From the NCBI GenBank assembly GCA_963706955.1, contig CAVPOC010000008.1, forward strand, positions 1,024,001 to 1,088,000: DNA of 64,000 nt, in the 5' to 3' direction. Both the position numbers and the translations under genes were made by a program. Every line of letters starts with the position of its first letter. The first letter of the stretch is position 1. The notes below the pieces were generated by a model. That model was not told the origin of the DNA, ran no database searches, and saw only the letters and a list, made by a program, of their open reading frames with translations. Shown here piece by piece: positions 32,920 through 44,066 of this stretch. The DNA is from an uncultured Verrucomicrobiae bacterium. Its GTDB lineage: Bacteria; Verrucomicrobiota; Verrucomicrobiia; Chthoniobacterales; Terrimicrobiaceae.

Positions 32920-34042
32920 ATGGCTTCGGTAGTTAAACAAAACAGCAAATACTGGGTTGCGGCATTCCGCGACGCAAGCGGAAAGCAGCATCGGCGCACG
33001 ACGCGAGAGACAAGCAAGAAGAGGGCGCAAGCGGTCGCGGAGCAATTTGAGCGCGTGGCGAAACGACAAGTGAGCGCCGCGAAGACAAGGAAGACGTTCG
33101 CCGAGTTCTACCGCGCCCACTATGGCGAAGACTTGCCACATGCCACCGTGCGCTCCTTCGCCACTCAGTGGCTGGCTTCCCGCAAGATGGAAACGTCCGT
33201 GGTTTCGCATAGGATTTACGCGAACGCGTTGGGGAGGTTCCTCGCGTTTCCTCGGCGAGCACGCGGACGAAGGCCTCGATGAGATCACCCGCTCACAAAT
33301 CGCAAGCTTTCGCGACGCCCAACTCGCCACGAGCGCAAGCGCCACGGTCAAATTGGAATTGCGGGTCGTCAAGATGATGTTTCGCTCGGCGAGGCGCGAC
33401 GGGTTCCTCCTCGATGACCCCTCCGAAAGCGTCAAGCCCGCCAAATTGGTGGCGACGTTTGAGCGGCGTCCATTCACCATCGACGAGGTGCGACGCATCA
33501 TTGGTGTCGCTAATGATGAGTGGCGCTCCCTCATCCTATTCGGTCTCTACACGGGGCAGCGCCTTGGCGACCTCGTGGCGTTGACGTGGAGCCAAGTTGA
33601 CCTCGAACGCGACGAGGTCCGGCTCACCACGCGCAAGACAAACAAGCCGCTCATCGTGCCCATCGCCGCTCCACTGAAAGAGCATTTGCTCGCGATTGCC
33701 AAAGACGATCCACGCGCCCCCGTGCACCCCCGAGCGCAACGCATCGCCACCGCCTCTCATGGGGTCATCGCGCAACTCTCGAAGGAGTTCGGAGAGATTC
33801 TCATTGCCGCGGGCCTTCGCAATCCAGCGTTGATGAGCACGCGCAAAGGAAAGCGCCAAGGGCAGGAGTTGAGCTTCCATTCATTGCGCCACACGAGCGT
33901 ATCACTCATGAAGGATGCGGGCGTGCCAGACGCCGTGGTCATGGCGCTCGTTGGCCACAACACCGCTGCAATGTCGCGGCACTACACGCACGTTGGCAAG
34001 GAAGCGCTGGCGAAGGCTGCGCGAGCGTTGCCCGAGATCTAA
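32920..34042 (+). CDS. Tyrosine integrase (frameshift near 33250)
   Basis: MASV...SKYWVAAFRDASGKQHRRTT; ERRPFT, GQRLGDL, RKT, SFHSLRHT, VGH.T..MSRHYTH. Confidence 0.93.
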
Positions 34043-34554
34043 AAACCCAACCGATCCCCTCGAATCCGCAAATATTCGTCCCACTCGGCTCGCACCCTCC
34101 CCTTGAAGTCACTCATTTGGAGGATGGCACGCTCGTTTCGGAAGACATGGCGAATGACGCCTTCCCAAGTTGAGGGGTTGTCAGCCTCCCCGACCAAAAA
34201 ATGATCGATTCGGGCGTCAATCTTGTTGTCAAGGGCTTGTGAGCCAATCATCACCCGATTCTCGCGGATCATGATCTCGTGGATGGCGAACTTGCCGTAG
34301 GCCACGATGACGACGCCCTTCTCAATGCGCTCGCCCTCAAAGACGGGGACGATCGCCGCGAGCACTCCACACGCTCGGAGGCCGTAGAAAAACGGCTCGC
34401 TCTCGGTGTTCCATTCGTCGGGAGCGCGGTCGATGAGTTGGATCTCGTCGGAGATGTCGAACAACATTCCCAAGCGTAGCATCAGCTTCCAACCCTTGCA
34501 AAAACGCAAGCGCCAATTTATTATTCCGTAATGGCCGTAACAATTCGGCTTCAA
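34039..34554 (-). CDS. Hypothetical protein convergent on the integrase (start uncertain)
   Basis: Protein-like ORF whose stop overlaps the integrase stop. Confidence 0.45.
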   Translation of the reverse strand: MKPNCYGHYGIINWRLRFCKGWKLMLRLGMLFDISDEIQLIDRAPDEWNTESEPFFYGLRACGVLAAIVPVFEGERIEKGVVIVAYGKFAIHEIMIRENRVMIGSQALDNKIDARIDHFLVGEADNPSTWEGVIRHVFRNERAILQMSDFKGRVRAEWDEYLRIRGDRLGF

Positions 34555-34576
34555 CCTACAAAGGAGGATTCACAAT

Positions 34577-35614
34577 ATGCCTGCAACCACCATTCCGGCA
34601 GAGCTGCTTTACTCAACCGCGAGCTTGATCGAGAGCTTCAAGGTTGTGCCGCTCGCGCCCCAATTTTTGCGCGATCACTTGTTTCCGCGAGTCTCGGAGA
34701 CTGCTAGCGATCAGGTCGCGGTAGACTTCTACAACGGGAGCCAAAAGTTCGCGCCCTATTGCTCTCGCTTCTCCAAGGGCACGGCCATTCCGAGGGAGCG
34801 AACGTTGACAAGCCTTTTCAGCCCGCCCTTCATCAAGCCAATCAGAAACTTGACCGCGGACGAGCTTTACTACAAGACGGCCATCCAAGCTGCGAACGCC
34901 ACTGGTGATCGAGACGCGGAGTTGATGTTATTGGATTACCAGGAACTCGACGCCATGATTGGGCGGCGTGAGGAATGGATGGCCAGCCAATGCCTCTTCA
35001 CCGGCAAAGTCGTTTGCCTCGATGGAGACACTTCCGAGGTCGTGGCTGAGTTGGTTTATGCACCCCGACCAAGACCGTCCCAGCCAAGCTTTGGAGCGAC
35101 CCCACGTCCGATCCTCTTGGTGACATCCGTGGTGCTCTTCGCCTTGTATCAAGCGCGAGCGGAGCGAGCGCGGACATTGTGATCATGGGTAGGACCGCCG
35201 CTGACGCCTTTGAATCCCATGCTGGGGTTCAATCAAGCCTACGACAAGCTCCGCATCTCCCCAGGCCAATTGGCGCCTGCTACCGTGGGATGGGGAGTTC
35301 AAAGCCTTGGAACTTACCGGGGGATTCCCCTCTACGTTTACGAGGCGGAATACCTGAACTCGGCTGGGGCCTTGACCCCATACGTTCCACCCGACAACGT
35401 CTTGATCGCGGCTTCCTCTCTTGGAGGAACGATGGCTTATGCCGGAATCGCTCAAGTGGACGCTGCCGAAAGCGGACTCAAGGTTTACGCGGCTCGGAGG
35501 GTTCCGGTCGTGGCCTACGAGGCCTTGGAAGACTACCGGAAGTTCCGCTTGTCTTCTCGTCCCATTCCCGTGCCTCAAAACTTGGCAGCGTGGAGCCTGC
35601 TCGACGTCCTCTAA
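34577..35614 (+). CDS. Major capsid protein, lambda gpE-like (Phage_cap_E); two frameshifts
   Basis: AAGGAGG RBS; FLRDHLFP, VAVDFYNG.QKFAPY, FSPPFIKP.R.LT..EL, IGRREEWMASQCLFTGKV, SKLWSDPTSDPLGDI, LGTYRGIPLYVYEAEY, YVP..NV, YAGI, LSSRPIPVP. Confidence 0.82.
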
Positions 35615-35642
35615 AATTCAACACTGGAGAAACCTAATAATC

Positions 35643-36151
35643 ATGGCAAATCCCATCACACTTCAATCCTCACCCGGCCTTTCCGAAATCCTTGGCGCTT
35701 ACGACACCGGCCATTGGGAAACGGTCACGGCCTCAACTCAAGCCCGCCACCGGGGTCGTGCTTCGGGGAAGCGTGCTCTAGGCCGTAGCGGCCGATGGTG
35801 GCAAGCTTACCTTGACCGTTGGCGTGGCAGGAGGCGAGCGCCTACGGCGTCCTTCTCGATGCGAGCGTTGACACCACCACGGCCTATGGCAACGGCACCG
35901 TCACGGCAAGCGTGGCTCGCGCTGGATCGTTTAGAGGTGCGGCGCTGATCGTGGGAGCTGGAACCGACGAAGCCGCTTTAGCCAAGCAGCTCCGGTTGCT
36001 CGGCATCTTTATCGAAGGAGCCATCGCTCCGGTGGCTCTGGCCTCGGCCGAAGCCGACGAAGATGAAGCCGAGGCCAAGAAAAAGGCCGATGCGGCCAAG
36101 AAAAAGGCCGACCTCGAGAAGTGGGGTTACAAGGGCCAAAAATCAACGTGA
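35643..36151 (+). CDS. Head decoration protein, gpD-like (frameshifted)
   Basis: Next to the capsid gene; VLRGSVL, AYGVLLDASVDTT, VARAGSFRGAAL, LAKQLRLLGIFI. Confidence 0.7.
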
Positions 36152-36229
36152 ACCTTTAGGGACGAATTGGCCAGGCTCGTCGCTCCTTCTGTCCGTAGGG
36201 GCGGCGGGTTGGCTGCTGTTTTGAAACCA

Positions 36230-36518
36230 ATGAAGCTCTCTGTCAATGTGGTCCACGGTGGGAAATACGTGCGGGCGGGAGACCTATTGCCAGCGGACTT
36301 CGTGCTGCCGCTGCATTTGGAAGCTTTTGTCATCGACGAACCGTCACAGGTCTCGCGGGCCGATCTCCGTTTTTTCTTCTGGAGTTGAGGGACATCAGAG
36401 GGACATGCGGACGGAGGCTCGGCTCGCGAAACCTGCGATGAATTATCGGGAAGCCGAGGAGGAGTTCACACCCAAATTTGTCAAGATCGCTAAGAAGAAA
36501 GGAAAACAATGCGACTAA
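36230..36518 (+). CDS. Small protein with HGGKYVRAGDLLP motif (paralog A, frameshifted)
   Basis: MKLSVNVVHGGKYVRAGDLLPADFVLP, with a basic tail. Confidence 0.5.
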
Positions 36519-36773
36519 GCTGCAATCTAATCACCAACCACGGCCCGGGAACGCCAAGCGTGTGGTACAACGCCGGGGCAATCAATCCCCGATCACCTCG
36601 TCCCCGACCACGCCTTGCAGTACCGGATCTCCGAGAAGGAAGGTGCCAAGCTGTACCGCGAGATCCTGGAGTGGAGGGCGATAGTGGCTGAGCGTCGGGA
36701 GAAGGCCAAGCGCGAGGCGGCAGAGGAGCGAGCAAAGGCGAAGCGCGAGAAGGCGCGTGCCGGTAAGGGTTAG
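36509..36773 (+). CDS. Small protein (paralog B, frameshifted)
   Basis: MRLSCNLITNH...VWYNAG..IPDHLVPDHALQYRISE, with a charged tail. Confidence 0.45.
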
Positions 36774-37346
36774 ATGAAGCAGAACGGGGTTCGGAATGGC
36801 AAGAAGCCAGCAATCCAGTAGCAGCCGAAGAAGCCCTACTCGTTCCCACCGCGCTGGTGGCGAGGCAAAGGACACGAGCTGACCGATCGCGGTAATGATC
36901 GAGATACTGCGGTACCAGAGGCCCCTCGGGTCCAGCGGCCCCTTCAGTAACCGGCGTCGAGACAGCAACTCCAACAAGAAGAGAAGGGGCCCGCGTAGCG
37001 GCTAAAGCTCGTTGGGCCAAAGCAAAGGAGAAGGAGAAGGCAATCCATGGAGATGAATGACGATAACGATCAGGGTCAGGACCAGGAGCCGCCGCCGGCA
37101 AAACGGCGTTGACACCCCGTCGGGGATTCTGCAAACTCCGAAAGAGCTGGTCGAAAGTCCGTTTCCGCTCCGAAACCAAGCTTGGAAGGAGACGTTCTGC
37201 TCCTGGACCCGAGAACCAAATTCCTATCCCTGACTGCAATCCGCAAGCCCGCTCCAACACTCGTCCACGTGATCCCCGCAGAGGCGACCGTTCTCCCGCC
37301 AGCCCTGGCAGGATCGCCCGGCGTTGGGGGTGCCCGGCAGGTCACC

Positions 37347-37989
37347 ATGCCGCTCGCGTCAGCCACCGAGGTTGCCCTGTCTCGTCTCACTCGGATCCTG
37401 TTACTCGTTGCGGTGGCGCTCTGCCTGGGCGCACCCACCGCCGGCGCCGACGCGGCGAAGAAGCTGGATAACAATCTCGCGGCGCTGTGGACGAAGATCC
37501 TTGAGACACCGAGCGCCGAGAACCCCTTCGGCACCGGCGGTGCCGAATTTGCGTGCTTCGACCTCGGCGGCACGGTTGCGCCGTTTGGGCCCTCCCCGCC
37601 GGCGTCGAGTCGTGCACGGTAAAGCCCGGCACCAAGATATTCGTCACGGCGTCCTCATTCGAGTGCAGCACGTTCGAGGGGAATGGCGACGACATGACGC
37701 CGAATTACGGGCGTGTGCCCGCGCAATCGGACGTGCAAGCAGGCGCCCAGCGTCACCGTCGACGATAAGTCCGTGCCGGTGACCGAGGCGGAGACACCCC
37801 TGCTGAACATCACCCTGCCCGCGAACAACATTTTCGGCCTGCCGTCGGGGACGACAGGTCTATCCGTGGGGCACGGCTGGGTCACGCTCTTACACCCGCT
37901 GACGCCCGGGACGCATACGATCGAAATCGTCGTCACCGGTAAGCTCACCACCATCACGACCACGATCGTCGTCGAGCCCGGTCTTAAGT
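37347..37989 (+). CDS. Secreted hypothetical cargo protein (frameshifted)
   Basis: Signal peptide; LAALWTKILETPSAENPF...C; CTVKPGTKIFV...ECST.EG; GWVTLLHPLTPGTHTI. Confidence 0.6.
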
Positions 37990-38227
37990 GAATACCATTG
38001 TGTCTCAACGTGTTTCGGGATGGACCCGCCCATGAAACCTGTTGTGGCAGTGCAGAACTCCCGTTGGTAGCCTAGCCCGAGCCACGCGTTCCGCCCCGCG
38101 GCTCTACGGTCCTTGGAGGGGCCTATCCCCCAGGCGCGTAGTGCCACAGCATCTTTCGCTGCGATGAATCCTGTTGCCGCTGAGCCCAGGAAGTGCGCGG
38201 CGGCCCAGCCGGTGCGCCTAGCTGCCC

Positions 38228-38385
38228 CGTGGTCGATACGGCAAACAGCCTCCTGCGCGGGCCTGGCAGCGATGGGCACCACAACCGGGTCACCCGCTCC
38301 GGCGAGGTCAGCGAGCTCATCCAGTTCGGCAACATCGTCCCGACCGGGCTGGAGACCTCGGGCAACACGATCTACATGGCACGCG
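38228..38385 (+). pseudogene. Internal fragment resembling ScyD/ScyE-family beta-propeller proteins
   Basis: DGHHNRV...GEVSELIQFGNIVPTGLETSGNTIYMA, isolated with no start or end. Confidence 0.45.
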
Positions 38386-38517
38386 GCACAAGTCGCGGGT
38401 GGAGCGGCTGGGTCGGCTTGCCTCGGGTGAGAAACGGTCAAGCCTTGACTGGCGAGGATGATGACCGGGGAACGGATGGACTTCTCGAAATAACGGGGGT
38501 AATACGGACCAAAAACA

Positions 38518-39039
38518 ATGAACACAATGAACCGGCATACCACATTCACTATAACGACTATGGCAGTCCTCTGCCTCGGAATTGCCCTTGGTCCCAGCGA
38601 CGCACTCGGCCAGCAAAAGACCCTCAAAGAACTAATCGTAGGCACTTGGATATTGGAGTCCGTGTACGACCAAACTGAAGACGGCGTAAAGCACACCCCA
38701 TGGGGTGATGGCGTAAAAGGGCAGGCCATCTATACGAGCGATGGACATTTTTCTTGGATGATAATGTCAGCCAACCGTCCGAAAGCGGACACCAGTCCGC
38801 GCATCCCAGTTGGACAAGCAATCGCCTACTGGGGCACCTACACGATCAATGAGGAGGCAAAGACAATCACAGACAAATTTGAGCGTTGCACATTTCCTCA
38901 GTGGGATGGAGGGGGAGGAACGGTAAGTATTGCATTTCCTACGGATGATGAATATCACTTCACCGTTACGAAACCTTTTCCAGATCCATCGCTGGGGGGG
39001 CCTATCGCACCACACCTGATTTTCAAGCGAGCGAAGTAG
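38518..39039 (+). CDS. Lipocalin-like domain protein (Lipocalin_5)
   Basis: Signal peptide; LKELIVGTW.LES, G.AIYTSDGHFS, IAYWGTYTINE, TFPQWDG, LIFKRAK. Confidence 0.85.
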   Translation: MNTMNRHTTFTITTMAVLCLGIALGPSDALGQQKTLKELIVGTWILESVYDQTEDGVKHTPWGDGVKGQAIYTSDGHFSWMIMSANRPKADTSPRIPVGQAIAYWGTYTINEEAKTITDKFERCTFPQWDGGGGTVSIAFPTDDEYHFTVTKPFPDPSLGGPIAPHLIFKRAK

Positions 39040-39435
39040 GAACCGCAGAACAGGAAGGCGGGCTCGCGAAGAGCGGCCTATATCTGAGCGGTGCCTTCAC
39101 GGTTGCGCCACAATGGCCGTGGTGGCCTTTTTAAGCACCGAAAGAGGCTAGTGGCTGCGTAGGTAGCGGATTCGGCGAAATCGGAAGAATATGAACTGAC
39201 AACACCGAAGGCATCTATTTGGATACATGTACACATCTCCTCGATACGCGCTAAAAAGTATCAGAGATTCTTTTAGAGCGGGGGCGACGGAATCAACGTC
39301 TCATCAATCTCGATGCGGGTTAACACGGCATGTCCAGTGAGGTCGAGCGGCCGTGCCTGTCTGCGCAATGGTGCCTGTGAGCCGAACGGACCTAGAAGGT
39401 GTCCGTTGTTGTCGAAGCTCAATCGACCAGTCACT

Positions 39436-39699
39436 ATGATGCTCTCACGCAAGGAAGGGGTATGCGCTTTCTTATGCCACCTCGTCGCCTCCGGCAAGTT
39501 CTACCCGGCCGGGGATGAGATTCCCGAGGGCGTGGCCGTGCCGGGAGGGGCGATGCGATACATGATTTCCGATGGCGGTGGTAATGTTCCCAACGAGAAC
39601 ATTTCCACTGTTCCCCAACGGAACAGCGAGCTTGTCCCACAAGCCACGCCTCATCCGCGCATCTCTTCTCGGCGTAGGGGCCCGCCAAAGGGCGCGTAG
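39436..39699 (+). CDS. Small protein (paralog C)
   Basis: FLCHLVASGKFYPAGDEIPEGVAVP..AMRYMIS, with a basic tail. Confidence 0.45.
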   Translation: MMLSRKEGVCAFLCHLVASGKFYPAGDEIPEGVAVPGGAMRYMISDGGGNVPNENISTVPQRNSELVPQATPHPRISSRRRGPPKGA

Positions 39700-40053
39700 A
39701 AGCGGGCTTGATCGTGGGGAGCGCCCCAATGTGCCGCCTTGGTGGTGAACGACCCGTGGCGAGCGGTAAAGAGGGCGTGGAAGGGTGGTCTGCAACGGTT
39801 CCCAATGGGGACGGTAGGTTCTTTGGGAGCGGAAAACTGGAGTGAGGAGCGGCGCGTGGCACAATTTGCAGAGATTACGACCGCAGCACCATTTTTTTCA
39901 AACCCTCCCGTTGAGGGTATTGAACCTATCCCGTAGGCGTTTTAGGATTGAGGCGCTGATACATAGCCGGGGGTGAGGTGGCGTCCTTTCGCAATCGGAT
40001 CTAGTCAGCCCGGTTGCACCTTTCTCCGCTACCTCACCCCTTTTTTTGGCGCA

Positions 40054-40274
40054 TCACAGCTCAATGTAGTAGCCAGTTACCCAGCAATTGCACCCCCGCG
40101 ACGCGATGGCCTTCCTCTTGACCATAGCAAGTTTTTCTTTTCCGCAAATAGGACAGCGGAATCCCCATTGTTTCCATTGTGGCAAGTCGATGCACTTGAA
40201 CACCGGAAAGGCCGTGTTGCTTTCCACGTTGTGCATGAACCTGACGGGAGGTTGTTTCGGGAGTTTAATTTTCA
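40054..40274 (-). CDS. Small Cys-rich hypothetical protein
   Basis: GGAGG RBS before MKIKLP; FRCPICGK...GCNCWVTGYYI. Confidence 0.45.
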
Positions 40275-40324
40275 TTTCGCCTCCTTCGCCGCTTGCGCTT
40301 TGAGTGGGAGCTTCTTCCACATGG

Positions 40325-41065
40325 TCATTTGGTGAAAATCAACTTCGTGCCCGCGATGATGAGCAGGGCTGCCAAAAGCAAGCAGACCGTGCGAACCGAA
40401 AACCGTTGGCTGCCTAAATACGAACCCAGCGTGCCACCAGCCACGGCGGGGGCCGCCAGCAACCAGGCAAACGACGGAATCGGCCGACCGCTGCTGAAGT
40501 AACCAAGCAGCGCGGCGATCGAATTAACGAGAATGAACAGAAGCTGAAACCGCCGCGGCCGGTCGCGTGTGTGCCCACCGACGAAATACCAAGAGCGGCG
40601 TAAGAAAAATCCCGCCGCCAGTGCCCGTGAGACCCGCAAGCAGCCCGATGCCCGCGCCCACTCCCATCGCGGTAGGCAAGGTCGGGGGCGAAACCTCTGC
40701 CGCGTCGCTCCGATGAAAGAATAGCCGAAAAGCGGAAACCAAAAGCACGAGACCCACCAACGGATTGAAGACGGAAGCAGGCAGATGGAGATAGCCGCCG
40801 AGATAGGCGGCCGGGACGGGAAAGCAGCGCAAAGGGCCAAAACAGACTCCACGAGAAATGCCCTGCCCGCCAGAACTGAAACGTTCCAATGGATGCCACC
40901 AGAATGTTGAGAACGAGAGCGGTTCGGCTTGATGAGCGCGGCGGCAAAGCCACAAAGCGTCATGGTGGCGATATAACCTGATGCGCCTGCCTGACCCACC
41001 GACGAATAGAGGAAGGCGACCAAACCGATGGCAACTGAAACTAGAGCAAGCTGCGCGTAGTCCAC
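40325..41065 (-). CDS. TauE/SafE sulfite exporter family protein (frameshifted)
   Basis: AFLYSSVGQAGASGYIA, ALVLNILVA, IGLLAGLTGTGGGIFLTP, FILVNSIAALLG. Confidence 0.85.
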   Translation of the reverse strand: MDYAQLALVSVAIGLVAFLYSSVGQAGASGYIATMTLCGFAAALIKPNRSRSQHSGGIHWNVSVLAGRAFLVESVLALCAAFPSRPPISAAISICLLPSSIRWWVSCFWFPLFGYSFIGATRQRFRPRPCLPRWEWARASGCLRVSRALAAGFFLRRSWYFVGGHTRDRPRRFQLLFILVNSIAALLGYFSSGRPIPSFAWLLAAPAVAGGTLGSYLGSQRFSVRTVCLLLAALLIIAGTKLIFTK

Positions 41066-41297
41066 ACGGGGTTCCAATGTGGCCCTAACAAGTATTCTGT
41101 CTTTTGCTATGATCATGCCAAATCGGAGTTATTCGCTAGCGATTAGTCGGCCCGCCCGAGACGCGGCCCTCTTCAAAGCTATGGAAGAACTTTCCCTTGA
41201 GGATTGCCGGGTTCGCGCTGTCTGGCTTATTGCGCTTGCGTCGTGGTTCCGCGTCCGCCTCATCGAGGGGACGCCCGTTGGTTTTGTCTTTCGTGGT

Positions 41298-41513
41298 CAT
41301 GAAATGAGGTCTGAAATGAGGTCGGAAAGCCCGTGAAATGAGAGCCCCCTTTTTGGACGTTCTCATTTCACGGCTTTTCGAGGAAGCTTCTTGTGTTTAT
41401 GAGGCTTCGCGGGCATCGCACCCCTTCTCATTTCACGTTTCACGCGTATACACGTGAAACGTGAAACGAAGGGGTTTTTCGTGAAATGAGATTTGCAACG
41501 AACGTGAAACGAG
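41298..41513. repeat. Iteron cluster, putative replication origin
   Basis: About 10 copies of (CG)TGAAA(T/C)G(AG) in both orientations, and a long imperfect palindrome at 41421-41474. Confidence 0.72.
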
Positions 41514-42562
41514 AAAATGCCCATGGCTTCTTTAGACGACCCTATACCGCCGGCCAGCGATGGTGATTTTCCCCTCGGCTTCGAGTTCTTTCGCTGCTCT
41601 CGAAACGCTCGACCTTGATGTATCGAGTTCGATGGCCAGCTCACCGCAACTCGCCGCACCCCCCAGATCGACAATCAATCTATGGACTTTCGTCTTGAGC
41701 GATTTCGGCCTTGTAGGTGATTTCGATATTGCCGATGATATTGTCGTAGCATCGCCCTAAGGCTTAAATGTCCAGATGTAATGTTCGTTGTGACTCTGAG
41801 GCGAGTTGCGATTCTTATCGAAGCTCTGGAAAAAGCTGCAGCCCTTGTCGGTGTAGTCAGTGTTTTCCTTGAGCTTGAGGATCCAGAAGACGCTGTCTTC
41901 GCGTCGCGACGTGCCGCGCATCTCGCCGTGCGCCCCGCGTGGTGGACGAGAATGACAGCGATTTTTCTCCGGTGAAGGTCGAGCAGCCATGAAAGCAAAA
42001 GCTCCAGAGCGTCGCTTTCGTTTTCCTTCACGCCGCTGACGAGCGTTGAGAGGTTATCGACGACCAAAACCTTTTGACCGGTGTCGATGCAGAATTGCTT
42101 GATTGCCTCCTGCACTTCTGGCAAGCGCAGGTTGAGCACGTGCCCCGTAAGCGCGAAAAGGATCTCGTGGTTTGGTAGAGTCAAATTCTCGCACTTGTCA
42201 CCAAACGATATCTCGCGTTGCTGCATCAGCTCGGCGGGCATCTCGCCATCGAGATAGCAAACGGTGGCGGCTTCCTCCCCGGCCTCCCATGGACCCAAGC
42301 TTTCGCCACGGGCAAGGGCGTGGGCAATCGCCCATGCGATCCACGTCTTGCCGACACCACGCCGTGAGAAGACGAAGCCGGTATCACCTTCGCGAAACCA
42401 ATCGCCGAGCAACCTTTTGCGCGGCTTGATCTTCATCTTGCGGAATGCCGCACCTTTGAGAGCGCCTTTCTTCAACGCTTCAAAGACCTCCTCTTTGGTA
42501 GGCGCTCCGTTGGCTTGATCACTTTCGGGCGTCGCGCCCCTTGCTGAATTACTATTGGGCAT
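41363..42562 (-). CDS. AAA_25/RepA-type SF4 helicase (frameshifted)
   Basis: Walker A SRRGVGKT, YLDGEM, Walker B LVVDNLSTL, VHHAG, MRGTSRRED. Confidence 0.85.
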
Positions 42563-43427
42563 AAAGATTGAATCGGTCGCGGGCGAAATAGATGACACGC
42601 TGCACCACCCCGTTGTCATGAACGCCCCAGGGCATCCTCGTGAATTGCGAAGCGCACCAAAGCGCGGTGTCGGCCCCGATGGAGGCCGCCTCACTCATGA
42701 GGTCATGAGGGCGCTTGCGTTGCATACCACCCGTGCGCGGACTCGTTCCCGCTGAACACGATCAAGGCCAAGGGGAACTCGCGAGAGAGATGAAAGTGGA
42801 GCCTCGCCTGATAGTCGAGCTTCGCTGCTCGCGTGAAGCCGTCGAGCCAGTCAAAGGCCCGCAAGTCAAACTCGACCATAATGAAGCGGCGCTCGAGGAC
42901 TTGATCTCGCTCTTGAGAGAGCGTCCCCCCAGCCTTCGTGAGCCCCACTTGGACTTGAAGGGGTTGGGACGACAAATTGTCGAGGTGCTCGCGTGCTTGA
43001 TCAGACGTCGCGAAGCGCGGTGCCGAATTTCCACACCGCGCTCGCCGAAGCAGACAAACTCGCTTCGGCTTGAACGCCCACCGGAGAATCTCCTCCTGGC
43101 TCTCGCATGGGTCGCTTAATTCTTCCCACGTGCGGAGGGTCACGTCTCGGTAGAGAAGCTGGATTTCACCCATCTTCACCGAGTTGACCGGGAGAGCGAG
43201 GCGCCTCTCGAAACCATGACTCGAAATGCGGCATCGCGTAAACCGTCGCGATCGTGTTCGCAATCTCACGCGGTTGCTCCTGGCGGGTCATCAACGGGCG
43301 TAGGCGATTGACTCAATTTCGCGGGCAGGAACGCCAGCGCGTCTACAGGCTTGTCGGTAGCCCGATACATCCAGAAAGTGAACTCCGCGCCCGGCGCAGG
43401 GCACGGGTGGATGCTTTCGGCTTTCAT
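42552..43427 (-). CDS. AEP/RepB-like primase (frameshifted)
   Basis: HPCPAPGAG.H; RRFIMVEFD; LIVFSGNESAHGWY; SQFTRMPWG...QRVIYF. Stop overlaps the helicase start. Confidence 0.65.
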
Positions 43428-43810
43428 CCTCTTCCCCGATTGATTATTTTATGACAACGAAGGTTCATGCTCTGGTCGGCGCTCGGGTTGAGTATTAAAA
43501 GAAGGGCTGCTCCTCGCTGGAGAAGGCTCATTCCTTTGTCGGAGAGTTTCATTTGAAGCGCCCGGGCGAAAGCCAATTCACGCGCCAATCGTGGCGAAGC
43601 GAATGTTGCCGCACACTTTCGTCGAAGGGGAACCACATTGGCGTCCGCCAGTAATCGACCGTTCTGGCTGCTCACGGGAACGGGTGCGCGAAGCCTTTCT
43701 TGGCCGTCCACGTTGGTTCGCCTTATGACGGTGAGGATTGACATCGGGAGTTTCAGGCTGGGACGAAGACGCGCTGGCATCTTTACGAAATCGTATCAAT
43801 CTTCATGCTG
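43424..43810 (-). CDS. Hypothetical protein (probably frameshifted)
   Basis: Overlapping short ORFs filling the gap between Xis and the primase. Confidence 0.3.
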
Positions 43811-44066
43811 CGACTTGCTGTTTGCGGCCTTTGCAGCCGGGGCCAGCTTGAGCGGGCGAGTTGTGGATCGACGAGGCGAGAAGTTTCCTAACGGAATCCA
43901 ACTCGACCAAGCGCTTTCCGTGCTTGGCGGTGGGCTTCATCTTAACGAGCACGGTCTTGATCTTTTTAGAGCGAATCCATTTATAGGCGAACGCCTCGCG
44001 AATACCATATAGGTGGCGCAAGTCTTTCACGTCAGTCCATTCAGGGAGGGGTGCATTGGGTTTCAT
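43803..44066 (-). CDS. Xis/AlpA-like DNA-binding protein
   Basis: PEWTDVKDLRHLYGIREAFAYKWIRSKKIKTV...GKRLVELDSVRKLL. Confidence 0.75.
   Translation of the reverse strand: MKPNAPLPEWTDVKDLRHLYGIREAFAYKWIRSKKIKTVLVKMKPTAKHGKRLVELDSVRKLLASSIHNSPAQAGPGCKGRKQQVAA

Noticed and set aside
34577..35614. Capsid gene as an encapsulin or gene transfer agent
   Set aside because: Motifs and the adjacent decoration gene fit lambda gpE/gpD, there is no cargo enzyme or tail cluster, and it lies within an integrase-bounded replicon.
39812..39865. AGGTTCT followed by a GC-rich stretch, loosely like lambda cosQ-cosN
   Set aside because: Similarity is too weak to support a packaging site without homologue alignment or virion end mapping.
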